Positions 51,590-61,424 of a DNA stretch of 64,000 nucleotides are shown here, piece by piece (within the stretch, counting starts at the first letter, position 1; the number at the start of each line of letters is the position of its first letter). The DNA comes from Eubacteriales bacterium (GTDB lineage Bacteria; Bacillota; Clostridia; Peptostreptococcales; Anaerovoracaceae), in the NCBI GenBank assembly GCA_028872475.1, contig JAQYMQ010000013.1, forward strand, positions 35,407-99,406, written 5' to 3'. The translations under genes were made by a program, and so were the position numbers. The notes beneath the pieces are model-generated. The model made no database searches. It had not been told where the DNA came from and saw nothing but the letters and a program-made list of their open reading frames with translations.

Positions 51590-53179
51590 TTATTTCATTG
51601 TAATTGCATTCTTTGGACATTTGTCAAAACAAGTTCCACATTTGATACATTTATCAATATGGATGAAATGTTTTTCTTTTCTTTCGCCATCAATACAATT
51701 TACAGGGCAATTTAACTTACATATACCGCAACCTATACAATTATCCATAACGACATATGTTAGTAAATTCTTACATACTCCTGCAGGACAACGTTTATTT
51801 TGGATGTGTTCAATGTATTCATTTTCAAAATAATGTAGAGTGGAAACTACCGGATTAGGTGCTGCTTTACCAAGACCACAAAGACTTGTTTCTATAATTA
51901 CATTTGATAAATCCTTTAATGTTCGAATATCTTCCATTGTTCCATCGCCTTTAGTAATACGATTTAATATCTCTAAAATTCTCTGGTTGCCGATACGACA
52001 TGGTGTGCATTTTCCGCAAGACTCTTCTACGGTAAAGTCCATAAAAAATCTAGCTATATCTACCATGCAGTCGTCTTCATCCATTACAACCATACCGCCT
52101 GATCCCATAATAGAGCCAATTCTTTCGAGTGACTCGAAATCTACTGTCGTTGTATCCATTAAATTAGCAGGAATACAACCACCAGAAGGTCCACCTGTCT
52201 GAACAGCTTTTAGCGCTTTGTCATCTTTTATTCCGCCAGAAATATCATATATTATGTAGGATAATGGAGTTCCCATAGGTACTTCAACTAAGCCAGCTTC
52301 TCTTACTTTACCTACAACTGAGAAAACTTTTGTTCCTGTAGATTTTTCAGTACCGATGCTCTTAAACCAATCTACTCCGTTTAGCATAATCATATGTACA
52401 TTGGCTAGAGTTTCAACATTGTTTAAAACAGTCGGCTTTTGGAATAATCCTTTATGAGCAGTTCTGTATATTTTATTTCTAGGCATACCGCGATGACCTT
52501 CAATAGATTCGATAAGTGCTGTAGCTTCACCACATACAAATGCTCCAGCTCCAAGGCGAAGCTCAATATCGAATGTAAAATCAGTTCCTAATATGTTTTC
52601 GCCAAGCAATCCTTTTTCTTTAGCTTGTTTAATTGCAATTTCAAGGTTTTGTACAGCTATAGGATACTCTGCTCGTACATAGATATACCCCTTTGTAGCG
52701 CCTATAGCATATCCGCATATTGCCATACCTTCAAGAACACTGTGGGGATCTTGTTCAAGTATGCTTCTGTCCATAAATGCGCCAGGGTCACCCTCGTCAG
52801 CATTACAAACTACATATTTTTGAGTATCGTCATGCTTTAGAGCCTCTGCCCACTTTTTTCCCGTAGAAAAACCTGCGCCACCCCTTCCTCTAAGACCAGA
52901 TTCGATAATATCGTCAACAACCTTAGTTGGTGGAATGTTATTTTCTAATAGATTAGCTAGTGCTATATACGCTTTTGTTGCGATAGAATCTTCTATAAAA
53001 TGTGGGCGTATAATGCCACAGTTTCTAAGAGCGATTCTTGTTTGCTTTTCATAGTAGTCGCCTTTTAAATAGAAAGATCCATCCTCTTTAATGCCTATAT
53101 TAGAGTTATCAGACAATGTTTTAACTAAATCGTTATAAGTTGTTTTTTGTAATTCTTTTAATGATTTTATATTTAACAT
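51590..53179 (-). CDS. hydB: NuoF-like NAD(H)/FMN-binding hydrogenase beta subunit
   Basis: SGLRGRGGAGF, CNADEGDPGAFMDR, GAGAFVCGE, ESCGKCTPCR, C-terminal 2x CxxCxxCxxxCP. Confidence 0.94.
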   Translation of the reverse strand: MLNIKSLKELQKTTYNDLVKTLSDNSNIGIKEDGSFYLKGDYYEKQTRIALRNCGIIRPHFIEDSIATKAYIALANLLENNIPPTKVVDDIIESGLRGRGGAGFSTGKKWAEALKHDDTQKYVVCNADEGDPGAFMDRSILEQDPHSVLEGMAICGYAIGATKGYIYVRAEYPIAVQNLEIAIKQAKEKGLLGENILGTDFTFDIELRLGAGAFVCGEATALIESIEGHRGMPRNKIYRTAHKGLFQKPTVLNNVETLANVHMIMLNGVDWFKSIGTEKSTGTKVFSVVGKVREAGLVEVPMGTPLSYIIYDISGGIKDDKALKAVQTGGPSGGCIPANLMDTTTVDFESLERIGSIMGSGGMVVMDEDDCMVDIARFFMDFTVEESCGKCTPCRIGNQRILEILNRITKGDGTMEDIRTLKDLSNVIIETSLCGLGKAAPNPVVSTLHYFENEYIEHIQNKRCPAGVCKNLLTYVVMDNCIGCGICKLNCPVNCIDGERKEKHFIHIDKCIKCGTCFDKCPKNAITMK

Positions 53180-53181
53180 GA

Positions 53182-53661
53182 TTACGCCTCCTTGTACTTA
53201 TTTAAAATTAACGGTACTTCATCTGGTGTAACCATTCCATAAGTTTCGTCATTAATCATAATAACAGGGGCCTTGCTGCAGTCTCCAAGACATCTTGTTT
53301 GAGCAATAGAAAACTTTAGGTCTTCAGTAGTTTCGCCGAATGCTATTCCTAACTCTTCCTCAAGTCTTTTAAGAACATCTTCTGCTCCTTTTACATAGCA
53401 TGCAGTACCCATACATACACTTACTTGGTATTTCCCCTTTGGTTTGTCCACAAAGTAAGAATAGAAAGACACTACTCCGTAAACTTTTGATGCTGGTATA
53501 GAGAGCTGTTGGGCAATATATCCTTGAGCTTCTCTTGGGATGTAGCCATACAAATTTTGTGTTTCGTGAAGAATCATTATCAATGAAGATTCTTTCTTGT
53601 CTGATTTATCGATAATCTGTTGTAGACCAGAAAAATCAATTCCTCCTTTGATGTTGCACAT
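53182..53661 (-). CDS. hydC: NuoE-like 2Fe-2S hydrogenase gamma subunit
   Basis: VVSFYSYF...VCMGTAC...RCLGDCSKAPV. Confidence 0.94.
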   Translation of the reverse strand: MCNIKGGIDFSGLQQIIDKSDKKESSLIMILHETQNLYGYIPREAQGYIAQQLSIPASKVYGVVSFYSYFVDKPKGKYQVSVCMGTACYVKGAEDVLKRLEEELGIAFGETTEDLKFSIAQTRCLGDCSKAPVIMINDETYGMVTPDEVPLILNKYKEA

Positions 53662-53963
53662 AAATTTTCTCCTCTTTAAATAAAAACGACCTTTATTTTT
53701 ACGTATTTCTTTACTAATGTATAGTTATAAAGATATAAATGTAAAAATTAAAATGTATATTATCTTATTGCACATATACTTTATCAATATATAGTAATAA
53801 AGGTTAATGAGCAAAAAAATAAAAAACAAATATGCATAATTATACTAAAAATTAAATTCTTGTAAATTAAAAATACAATAAAAATACAATAGAGATTCCA
53901 TATATTTTAATTGCTTATAATATATATAATATTTTATGAATATAAAGATATAATTATTTGTTG

Positions 53964-54019
53964 TATTAAAAAACTGCTTTGAGTTGTTATGAAAAGGTAA
54001 GGTTTCTCAAAGCAGTTTT
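53964..54019 (-). terminator. Terminator downstream of buk
   Basis: AAAACTGCTTTGAG / CTCAAAGCAGTTTT 14-bp inverted repeat with T-run on the minus strand. Confidence 0.75.
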
Positions 54020-54094
54020 AATAGTTAGCCAATTCTATAAGCGGGTTATAATTTCCGCTTGGAGGATAGAATTGATAGAATTAATCTATATTTT

Positions 54095-55189
54095 TTATTG
54101 TGGAAGCTTATAAGTATGAGGTGTCTCTTCGTTATTTATGAGTCGAAGAGCTCCAAATGCGAGAGCTTCCATTTCATTTTCACCAGGTAATACAACAACT
54201 TTGGCAATACTGTTTACATAATCTGTAATCATTGATGTTAACATTTTTGAATGTGCTATACCGCCAGTTAGAATTATTGCATCAGTCTGTCCTTTTTGGA
54301 CAACAGATAATCCTCCGATACTTTTAGCTACCTGTTGCGCTTGTGCCTCATATATCAATTTCGCATATTTGTCGCCACCTTCAATCATTTTTTCGATTTC
54401 TATGCAGCTATTTGTTCCAAGATGTGCAAACATACCGCCAGAGCCTCGAATCATTTTTTTGAGTTCAGCCTTGCTTATATTGTTGTTATAGATAAGATCT
54501 AAAACTTTTAATAGTGATGTATTTCCGGACCTTTCGGGGGAAAAGTGGAACTCATCATCACCAATAGAATCTGTAAGTTTACCATTTGTATGGGCACTTA
54601 TTGATATTCCGCCACCTAAGTGTGCGACAATTAGCTGAAGATCGTTATAGGTTTTTCCAATACTTTGAGCATATTTAACAGACATTGCATGGCTGTTTAA
54701 TAGGTGACATGCACTTGTTCTAGTAATTTCTTTAAATCCGGTAATGCTTGCAACTTCAGATAATTCACCACCTGTTACGGCATCGTATATGTAGGACGGA
54801 ATTGTATTTCCGGTAATTTCTGAAACTTTTTCTGCATAACTTCTAGCTATTAAGCCGCCTAAATTAGATGCATGTGGTGAGCTGTATTTATCACTTGACA
54901 AGGCTGTTGCTAAGTCGTCATTGACTGTGTAACCACCGCCCTTTAGCCCTACAACTAAGCCTCCTCTGCCAACTACGGCAGAGAGGCTTTGTAAAGATAT
55001 GTTATTGCTATTTAGAAATTCGTCAATAATTGCTGTTCTAAAAGGAACCTGATCTATTAAGTTCTTAAATTCTGCAATTTTTGATGATTCATGCACAAAA
55101 TTTTCTTGAACTATTTTTGTTTGATCTTCATAGATTGCTAGCTTTGTACTTGTAGAGCCTGGATTAATTACCAATATTTTTTTGCTCAT
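54095..55189 (-). CDS. buk: Butyrate kinase (branched-chain/carboxylate kinase)
   Basis: ILVINPGSTSTK, VGRGG, HASNLG, AHLGGGIS, ILTGGIA, PGENEMEAL. Confidence 0.96.
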   Translation of the reverse strand: MSKKILVINPGSTSTKLAIYEDQTKIVQENFVHESSKIAEFKNLIDQVPFRTAIIDEFLNSNNISLQSLSAVVGRGGLVVGLKGGGYTVNDDLATALSSDKYSSPHASNLGGLIARSYAEKVSEITGNTIPSYIYDAVTGGELSEVASITGFKEITRTSACHLLNSHAMSVKYAQSIGKTYNDLQLIVAHLGGGISISAHTNGKLTDSIGDDEFHFSPERSGNTSLLKVLDLIYNNNISKAELKKMIRGSGGMFAHLGTNSCIEIEKMIEGGDKYAKLIYEAQAQQVAKSIGGLSVVQKGQTDAIILTGGIAHSKMLTSMITDYVNSIAKVVVLPGENEMEALAFGALRLINNEETPHTYKLPQ

Positions 55190-55201
55190 ATTTTCCTCCG
55201 T

Positions 55202-55771
55202 TTATACAGCATCCATTCCTTCTTTCAGAGCTTTTTTATTTAGTTCTAGGAATTGAGGCTTGATATTTCCCTCTAAAATAGCATTCCAATCAATTTCTTT
55301 AAGACCCATTAATTTGATTATTGTTCCAAGAAGAATGATGTTTGTTGCTTTGTCATTTCCAAGATCAGAAGCCATTTGAGCAGCATCTATAACCGTAGCT
55401 TCTGCATGTTTTTTGATTTCATCAAGTACATCAGGTGGATATTCTTCGGCACCAATCTGTACTGACATGGAATCAATTTTTTGATTATTTATAACTAATT
55501 TACCACCTTTTTTTAGATAGTCAAGATATCTTAGTGCTTCAGAAATTTCGAAAGCGACGATTATATCCGCAGTACCTTTTTCGATTACTGGAGAACTTAC
55601 TGTCTCACCATATCGGATTTGAGAAGATACGCTTCCTCCACGCTGTGACATACCGTGAATTTCACTCATTTTTACATCATAGCCAGCTTCCATAAGTCCT
55701 AGCGTTAATATTTTACTTGCAAGGATTGTACCCTGACCACCTACTCCAACTAATAGTATACTCTTTGCCAT
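55202..55771 (-). CDS. iorB: Indolepyruvate:ferredoxin oxidoreductase beta subunit
   Basis: GVGGQGTILAS...SEIHGMSQRGGSVSSQIR; ATG 55771 after AGGAGG. Confidence 0.95.
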   Translation of the reverse strand: MAKSILLVGVGGQGTILASKILTLGLMEAGYDVKMSEIHGMSQRGGSVSSQIRYGETVSSPVIEKGTADIIVAFEISEALRYLDYLKKGGKLVINNQKIDSMSVQIGAEEYPPDVLDEIKKHAEATVIDAAQMASDLGNDKATNIILLGTIIKLMGLKEIDWNAILEGNIKPQFLELNKKALKEGMDAV

Positions 55772-55775
55772 TGTA

Positions 55776-57557
55776 TTAATCCTCCTTTGAAATAGCCTTA
55801 ACAGGACAAACCTGACGGCATACACTACATCCAACGCATTGTGATCTGTTAATTTTTGTCTTTTTAGTTTCTTTGTTAAAGATTAGTGCTGGACATCCAG
55901 TTTTTAGACATACTTTACATCCGATACATTTATCTTCGTCTACGATACTCTTTTCTTGGAAGATATTTTCAAATTCATTTAAGTCAGCATCAGATAGCTT
56001 CTTAAGAACACATGGCCATCTTGTAATGATTACTGAAGGCTCATTTTCAATCGCTAGACATTTATTTAATGTTTCTTCAACTTCTTCAAGAATATTAGGG
56101 TCGATTACAAATACATGTTTAAATCCTAGAGCTCTAACGACTGTTTCAATATCAATCATTTCTGTTGGTTCAAGTTTAGCGTTAAAACCAGAACCTGGAT
56201 TTTGCTGATGTCCAGTCATTCCGGTAATTCTGTTATCAAGGATTACATTGATTGTATTTGAACCGTTGTATAGTGTGTTTGTCAATGAGTTGATACCTGT
56301 GTGGAAGAATGTTGAGTCGCCCAATACAGAAACAACTCTCTTGCCTGTATCACCCATATTGAATACTCTCTGTGCGCCGTGTCCAATACTAAATGCAGCT
56401 CCCATACATATTGTTGTATCCATTGCATTGTAAGGTCCGCCTGCAGCTAGAGTATAGCAACCGATATCTCCACTGATCATAATATTCTTTTTCTTGCCTA
56501 GTTTGTAGAAGAAACCTCTGTGAGGACAGCCAGCGCAGAAAGTTGGTGCTCTGCCAATTACCTTGCTCTTGTCAAAGTCAATAATTTCATTGCTATTAGT
56601 TTTTTCGATAGAAGCATAGATAACATCAGGAGTCATTTCGCCCCACTTAGGGAATATATCTTTTCCGTGACATTCAATGTCTAGAGCTCTTACAAATTCT
56701 TCGATATATGGATCGTTTTCTTCTACGATATAAACTATGTCAACTTTGCTGCAAAATTCTTTAATTAAATTTGCAGGTAGTGGATTAGTGAATCCAAGTT
56801 TTAGATAAGAAGCTTTTACACCATAAGCTTCTTTTGCAAAATAGTAGCAAGCTCCTGAAGTGATAAATCCAATTTTGGTATCGTTGTATTCAGCCCTGTT
56901 AAAAGGAGTAGTTTCTGTATATTCCTTTAGTGCATCCAATCTTTCTTCTACTTTAACTCTAAGTACTCTTGCATTAGCAGGTAGAGTTACGTATTTTCTA
57001 GGATTTTTATCCCACTCCTTTAGTGGAACATCATTTCTTTCGCTTAGATTTACAATAGATTTTGAGTGACAGACTCTTGTTGTCAATCTCATCATTACAG
57101 GAGTGTCAAATTTTTCGCTGACTTCATATGCTTCTTTTAGCATGTCGATACATTCCTGGCTATCAGCAGGTTCAAACATAGCAATCTTTGCTGATTTTGC
57201 ATAGTTTCTATTATCTTGTTCATTTTGAGATGAGAACATTCCAGGTTCGTCAGCAGAGATAATTACGCCGCCAGCATTTACTCCAGTATATCCCCAAGTA
57301 AATAGTGGATCGGCAGCAACGTTAACTCCTACGTGTTTCATTGATGCTATACTTCTTGCTCCTGCGAAACATGCACCAATTACAGTTTCAAGAGCTACCT
57401 TTTCATTTGGAGCCCATTCTGCACATATTTCATCGTATGTTGCTAGGTTTTCAAGAATTTCTGTACTTGGCGTGCCAGGATATGCAGCTGCAAATCTTAC
57501 GCCTGCCTCATAAGCACCTCTTGCTAGGGCTTCGTTTCCAGTCATTAATTTACTCAT
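55776..57557 (-). CDS. iorA: Indolepyruvate:ferredoxin oxidoreductase alpha subunit
   Basis: AYPGTPSTE, NEKVALE, MKHVGVNVAADP, FCAGCPHR, GDIGCY, GDSTFFHTG (TPP), C-terminal ferredoxin. Confidence 0.96.
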   Translation of the reverse strand: MSKLMTGNEALARGAYEAGVRFAAAYPGTPSTEILENLATYDEICAEWAPNEKVALETVIGACFAGARSIASMKHVGVNVAADPLFTWGYTGVNAGGVIISADEPGMFSSQNEQDNRNYAKSAKIAMFEPADSQECIDMLKEAYEVSEKFDTPVMMRLTTRVCHSKSIVNLSERNDVPLKEWDKNPRKYVTLPANARVLRVKVEERLDALKEYTETTPFNRAEYNDTKIGFITSGACYYFAKEAYGVKASYLKLGFTNPLPANLIKEFCSKVDIVYIVEENDPYIEEFVRALDIECHGKDIFPKWGEMTPDVIYASIEKTNSNEIIDFDKSKVIGRAPTFCAGCPHRGFFYKLGKKKNIMISGDIGCYTLAAGGPYNAMDTTICMGAAFSIGHGAQRVFNMGDTGKRVVSVLGDSTFFHTGINSLTNTLYNGSNTINVILDNRITGMTGHQQNPGSGFNAKLEPTEMIDIETVVRALGFKHVFVIDPNILEEVEETLNKCLAIENEPSVIITRWPCVLKKLSDADLNEFENIFQEKSIVDEDKCIGCKVCLKTGCPALIFNKETKKTKINRSQCVGCSVCRQVCPVKAISKED

Positions 57558-57698
57558 TTATCATTACCTCCTTTTTGTAAACGGTATAGAGTGATATTGG
57601 TCGTTTGTTATTTCCAATCAACTGAATTGTTTGTTAATATGTAATTTTTGTTTGTTTTTATTTGTGTTTTTGTGTATTTTTTTATATCCATTTTGCTT

Positions 57699-58598
57699 TT
57701 ATGACATATATGCACAAGCTAGAAGTGAGTAATATTTTTCCTCAAAAGATGCACTTCTTGAGTTTAAGGCTATAGGAACTTGAGCTCCCACTACTACACC
57801 TGCCATCTTTGCACCACCAAGTACATATAATGCCTTGCTGGTAAGGTTTCCTGCGGCAATATCGGGTGCGACTAAGATGTCTGCATCTCCAGCGACTGCA
57901 CTTTCATATTTTTTGATTTTTACTGATTCAGAATCTGTTGCAAGGTCTAAAGAAATAGGTCCTTCAACTATACAATCAGTAATTTCGCCTTTGGTATTCA
58001 TTTCTTTAAGCGTTTTAGCATCTAGTGTTTCCGGCATTTTTTCATTTACGGTTTCGACAGCAGCTAGAACTGCAACTTTAGGTACTTCATATCCAAAACC
58101 CTTAAATACACTTACTGCATTATCAATAATTTCTTTTTTTTGCTCTAAAGTAGGGAATAACATCATTCCTCCATCTGTAACAGCAATGATTTTGTGATAA
58201 CTAGGGACGTCTAGCAGCGCTGTATGTGAAATAGTTCCACTTTTTCTAAGCCCTGTATCTTTGTTGACAATTCCCTTTAGCAAAGTAGCTGTTTGTAAGA
58301 TACCTTTTTGAATAAAGTCTGCCTTGCCTTCCTTTATAATGCTGATTCCTTTTGCAACAGCATCTTCGTCGGTGTCGCTATCGATAATATCTTTTTCGTC
58401 GATTGAGTAGCCGAGAGAATTGCCTATTGTTAGAATTTCATCTTTTTTTCCTATTAATATATAATTTAAGATGTTTTCTTCTTTTGTTTTTAATATAGCT
58501 TCAAGAGTATGTTCATCATGTGCAGCTATAACTACAACAGTTTTTTTATCATTGCTTAGAACTTTTTCTCTTAACTCGCTAAAATCCTTTATAAACAT
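57699..58598 (-). CDS. ptb: Phosphate butyryltransferase (phosphate acyltransferase)
   Basis: QKGILQTA, VTDGGM, PKVAVLAAVETVN, VEGPISLDLA, DILVAPDIAAGN. Confidence 0.94.
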   Translation of the reverse strand: MFIKDFSELREKVLSNDKKTVVVIAAHDEHTLEAILKTKEENILNYILIGKKDEILTIGNSLGYSIDEKDIIDSDTDEDAVAKGISIIKEGKADFIQKGILQTATLLKGIVNKDTGLRKSGTISHTALLDVPSYHKIIAVTDGGMMLFPTLEQKKEIIDNAVSVFKGFGYEVPKVAVLAAVETVNEKMPETLDAKTLKEMNTKGEITDCIVEGPISLDLATDSESVKIKKYESAVAGDADILVAPDIAAGNLTSKALYVLGGAKMAGVVVGAQVPIALNSRSASFEEKYYSLLACAYMS

Positions 58599-59008
58599 AG
58601 AAACCTCCTTGATTGTATTGTTTTTAGTACAATTTGATTATACCACAAGAAATAAAAATATATACAAAAAAATATAAAAATTTTTGTGTATATAACACAA
58701 AAAACAATAATAATGATTTATAAAACAATGATTTGATGAAATAAAATGTTAGAAGATGAATATATAAAGAAAAAACATATTTTTAACGTTAAATAAATAA
58801 CTCAAAAAAATACATTCAAAATGCTAGTTGTTTTACTATATTGTTGTTCAATTTTGAGCAAATTTACCGTAAATTAAATGATATACTACTATATATAAAA
58901 CACGATATTAAGATTGGTAATTACAAGATACCGATGTTGAGATATATTATTGAGTTATTGATTGGGAAGAGTTTATATTTTATATATAAATGGACAGGTG
59001 AATGAATT

Positions 59009-59644
59009 ATGTATTCAAAAAATAGAGAGATAAAAGCTGTATTAGCAAGTAAAAATAAACATAAGATACAAGAGATTAATGATATTCTAAAACCTTTTAA
59101 TATTAATCTTGTATCTATGACAGAAGCTGGTTTAGGTGATATGGAAATTGTAGAAGATGGGACTACGTTTGAAGAAAATTCTATGATTAAGGCAAAGGCT
59201 ATAGTTGATAAGCTTGGAGGAATTGCTATTGCAGACGATTCTGGACTTGAAGTTGATGCGCTAGGTGGCGCTCCGGGAATTTATAGCGCCAGATATGCTG
59301 GAGATAATACTAATGATGAAACAAATAATGAAAAATTAATTAGAGAACTTAAAGAAATCCCAGCTGAGAAGAGAACAGCTAGATATGTGTGCGTGATTAC
59401 AATGTTGTTTGAAGATGGAAAAAGCATTGTGGCACGTGGAGAAGTAGAGGGAAAGATAACGGATATTGCACAAGGTGATGGTGGATTTGGTTATGATCCG
59501 CATTTTATACCAGAAGGTTTTGATAAGACCTTTGCGTGTTTTACTCCTGAAGAAAAAAATACAGTGAGTCACAGGGCTAGAGCATTACAGGTTTTAAGCG
59601 AAGAATTAAAAAAGTACTATAAGGAAATTTATTCATTGGGCTAA
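59009..59644 (+). CDS. rdgB: Non-canonical purine NTP pyrophosphatase (RdgB/HAM1)
   Basis: ASKNKHK, TFEENS, ADDSGLEVDALGGAPGIYSARY, GFGYDP, SHRARAL. Confidence 0.97.
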   Translation: MYSKNREIKAVLASKNKHKIQEINDILKPFNINLVSMTEAGLGDMEIVEDGTTFEENSMIKAKAIVDKLGGIAIADDSGLEVDALGGAPGIYSARYAGDNTNDETNNEKLIRELKEIPAEKRTARYVCVITMLFEDGKSIVARGEVEGKITDIAQGDGGFGYDPHFIPEGFDKTFACFTPEEKNTVSHRARALQVLSEELKKYYKEIYSLG

Positions 59645-59811
59645 TAAGTTTGTCTCTGATTGTTAATATGTTTATTATCGATTGTTAACATATCTGTTAT
59701 TGATCTTGGTTAATAAATATAATGGATACAGTAAATACGGTAAGTAATGGCAAATATGGTGAATTTTCGGTTTTTGAAATTTAAATAATATTGAGAGGGT
59801 TTTATAAAATA

Positions 59812-60651
59812 ATGAGAAAAAAGAGGCTGTTGGAAATGATAAGCTTGGGAATTAGGCAGATGAGCGATCCTTATTATCAAGGATTTGCTGCTCAGCTTTC
59901 TTTTTATTTTATGTTATCGTTAGTTCCAATATTATTGGTTATTTCACAAGTTGCCTCTATCGTTTTTAAAGAAAATTTAGAAGAAGCCTTTGTATGGATA
60001 CTGGATAAGGTTGATATTGCTAATTCTCCAGTTGCTGAAATTTTGCAAAAATTAATTGTAGGTAGTGCTGCGCAGACAAGTATTAGTATTATATTTTTGT
60101 TTGTTGCTTTATGGGCGGCTTCCAAAGCACAATTTGCGATGATGCGTATTGCGAATTATACATTTAGTGGTGGAGAAACTACAGGGAGTGGATTTTTTAA
60201 GGAAAGGTTTAGAGCGATAGCTACAATTAGTATTACTCTGTTAACTATGACAACAGCAGTGGTTGGTATTACGTATGGCGGGGTAGTTATTGAAATAATT
60301 TTTGAGTTTTTTGGCATAAAGGCCGTTGCTGGTACAATCTGGTTAAATATACGATGGATTGTGGCGGTAATGATATATTTCTTGATGATTAGTTTGAATT
60401 ATTATCTGCTACCGAGCAGTAAACTGAAGTTTAGAGAGATTATTCCAGGCAGTATATTTGCTTCAGCTGGTCTTTTAATAGTTACAATGATTTATTCTAA
60501 ATATGCTGTTGAAATCGCTAATTACAACGTTATTTATGGGTCATTGGCAACAATTATTGCGATGTTGATTTGGTTTTATTTGATGGCATGGGTAATGTTT
60601 TTAGGGATTCTTGTTAATTATGTGTGGCGAGAAACTAAGCCGGGGTTATAG
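59812..60651 (+). CDS. YihY/virulence factor BrkB family membrane protein
   Basis: AAQLSFYFMLSLVP; YNVIYGSLATIIAMLIWFY. Confidence 0.9.
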   Translation: MRKKRLLEMISLGIRQMSDPYYQGFAAQLSFYFMLSLVPILLVISQVASIVFKENLEEAFVWILDKVDIANSPVAEILQKLIVGSAAQTSISIIFLFVALWAASKAQFAMMRIANYTFSGGETTGSGFFKERFRAIATISITLLTMTTAVVGITYGGVVIEIIFEFFGIKAVAGTIWLNIRWIVAVMIYFLMISLNYYLLPSSKLKFREIIPGSIFASAGLLIVTMIYSKYAVEIANYNVIYGSLATIIAMLIWFYLMAWVMFLGILVNYVWRETKPGL

Positions 60652-60729
60652 AGCAAAAGAAATAAAATTTGAGGTCACAAAATGTTACCTCAAAAAGAGA
60701 AAGCGGTTCGGGTGGAAGAAGATATATAG

Positions 60730-61254
60730 GTACTTAATAGAAACATAATAGGTGTAGATGTAAATGATATTGCGCTTGAAAGATGTAAAGAAAAGACAAG
60801 CTTTGAACATGAAGGAGCTAAAGGAAAGGTATATTTGCATAAAGGAGATGCGCGAAATCTAGATTTTATTTCTGATGAAAGTGTTGATTTAATATGTACA
60901 CACCCACCATATGCAGATATTATAAAGTATAGTGAGAATATTGATGAGGATTTATCACGCTTGAAAGTGAAGGATTTCCTTGAAGAAATGAAAAAGGTAG
61001 CATATGAAAGTTACCGTGTTTTAAAGAAAGATAAATTTTGTGCTGTTCTTATGGGAGATACTCGTCAAAAAGGACATATGATACCGATGTCTTTTGATGT
61101 TATGAAAATTTTTCAGGATGCGGGATTTAATCTAAAAGAATTGATTATTAAAGAACAACATAATTGTAGAGCGACGGGATATTGGAAAACAAATAGTATT
61201 AAGTATAACTTTTTGTTAATTGCACATGAATATTTATTCGTGTTTAGAAAGTAA
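60730..61254 (+). pseudogene. 5'-truncated amino (N4/N6)-DNA methyltransferase fragment
   Basis: Frame open from 60730 (LNRNIIGVDVN, motif II) through DLICTHPPY (catalytic motif IV) and HEYLFVFRK; motif I absent; TAG at 60727; no RBS/start. Confidence 0.7.
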
Positions 61255-61380
61255 AAATATTTTGATAAAAAATAGTAACAAGCTGAGCAGTTGGAGTGTA
61301 GAAAATAAGCTGTTTGAAAGTTTGTTATGTGATATCGATTTCAAGTTTATGAATTAACATATTGATTCTTAGATAAATGA

Positions 61381-61422
61381 AAAATATGGAGATATAGCCT
61401 AGTTCTACACCTCCATATTTTT
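61381..61422 (-). terminator. Terminator of thrC and the ACT regulator
   Basis: AAAATATGGAG...CTCCATATTTT inverted repeat. Confidence 0.75.
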
Positions 61423-61424
61423 AT

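Noticed and set aside
53869-53890. Tandem AAAAATACAAT x2 upstream of hydC
   Set aside because: Low-complexity AT-rich context; no Rex-type palindrome; insufficient support.
54033-54090. Extra hairpins just 3' of buk as a small RNA
   Set aside because: No promoter or family signature; more likely an mRNA-stabilising or terminator-associated structure.
59658-59691. GATTGTTAA(T/C)AT direct repeat with a 22-nt period upstream of the BrkB gene
   Set aside because: AT-rich, no linked regulator, no match to a site I can name.
60690-60730. GGTTCGGGTGG stretch as a tRNA fragment or att site at the methyltransferase junction
   Set aside because: Too short, no cloverleaf, and no matching second copy seen in the window.
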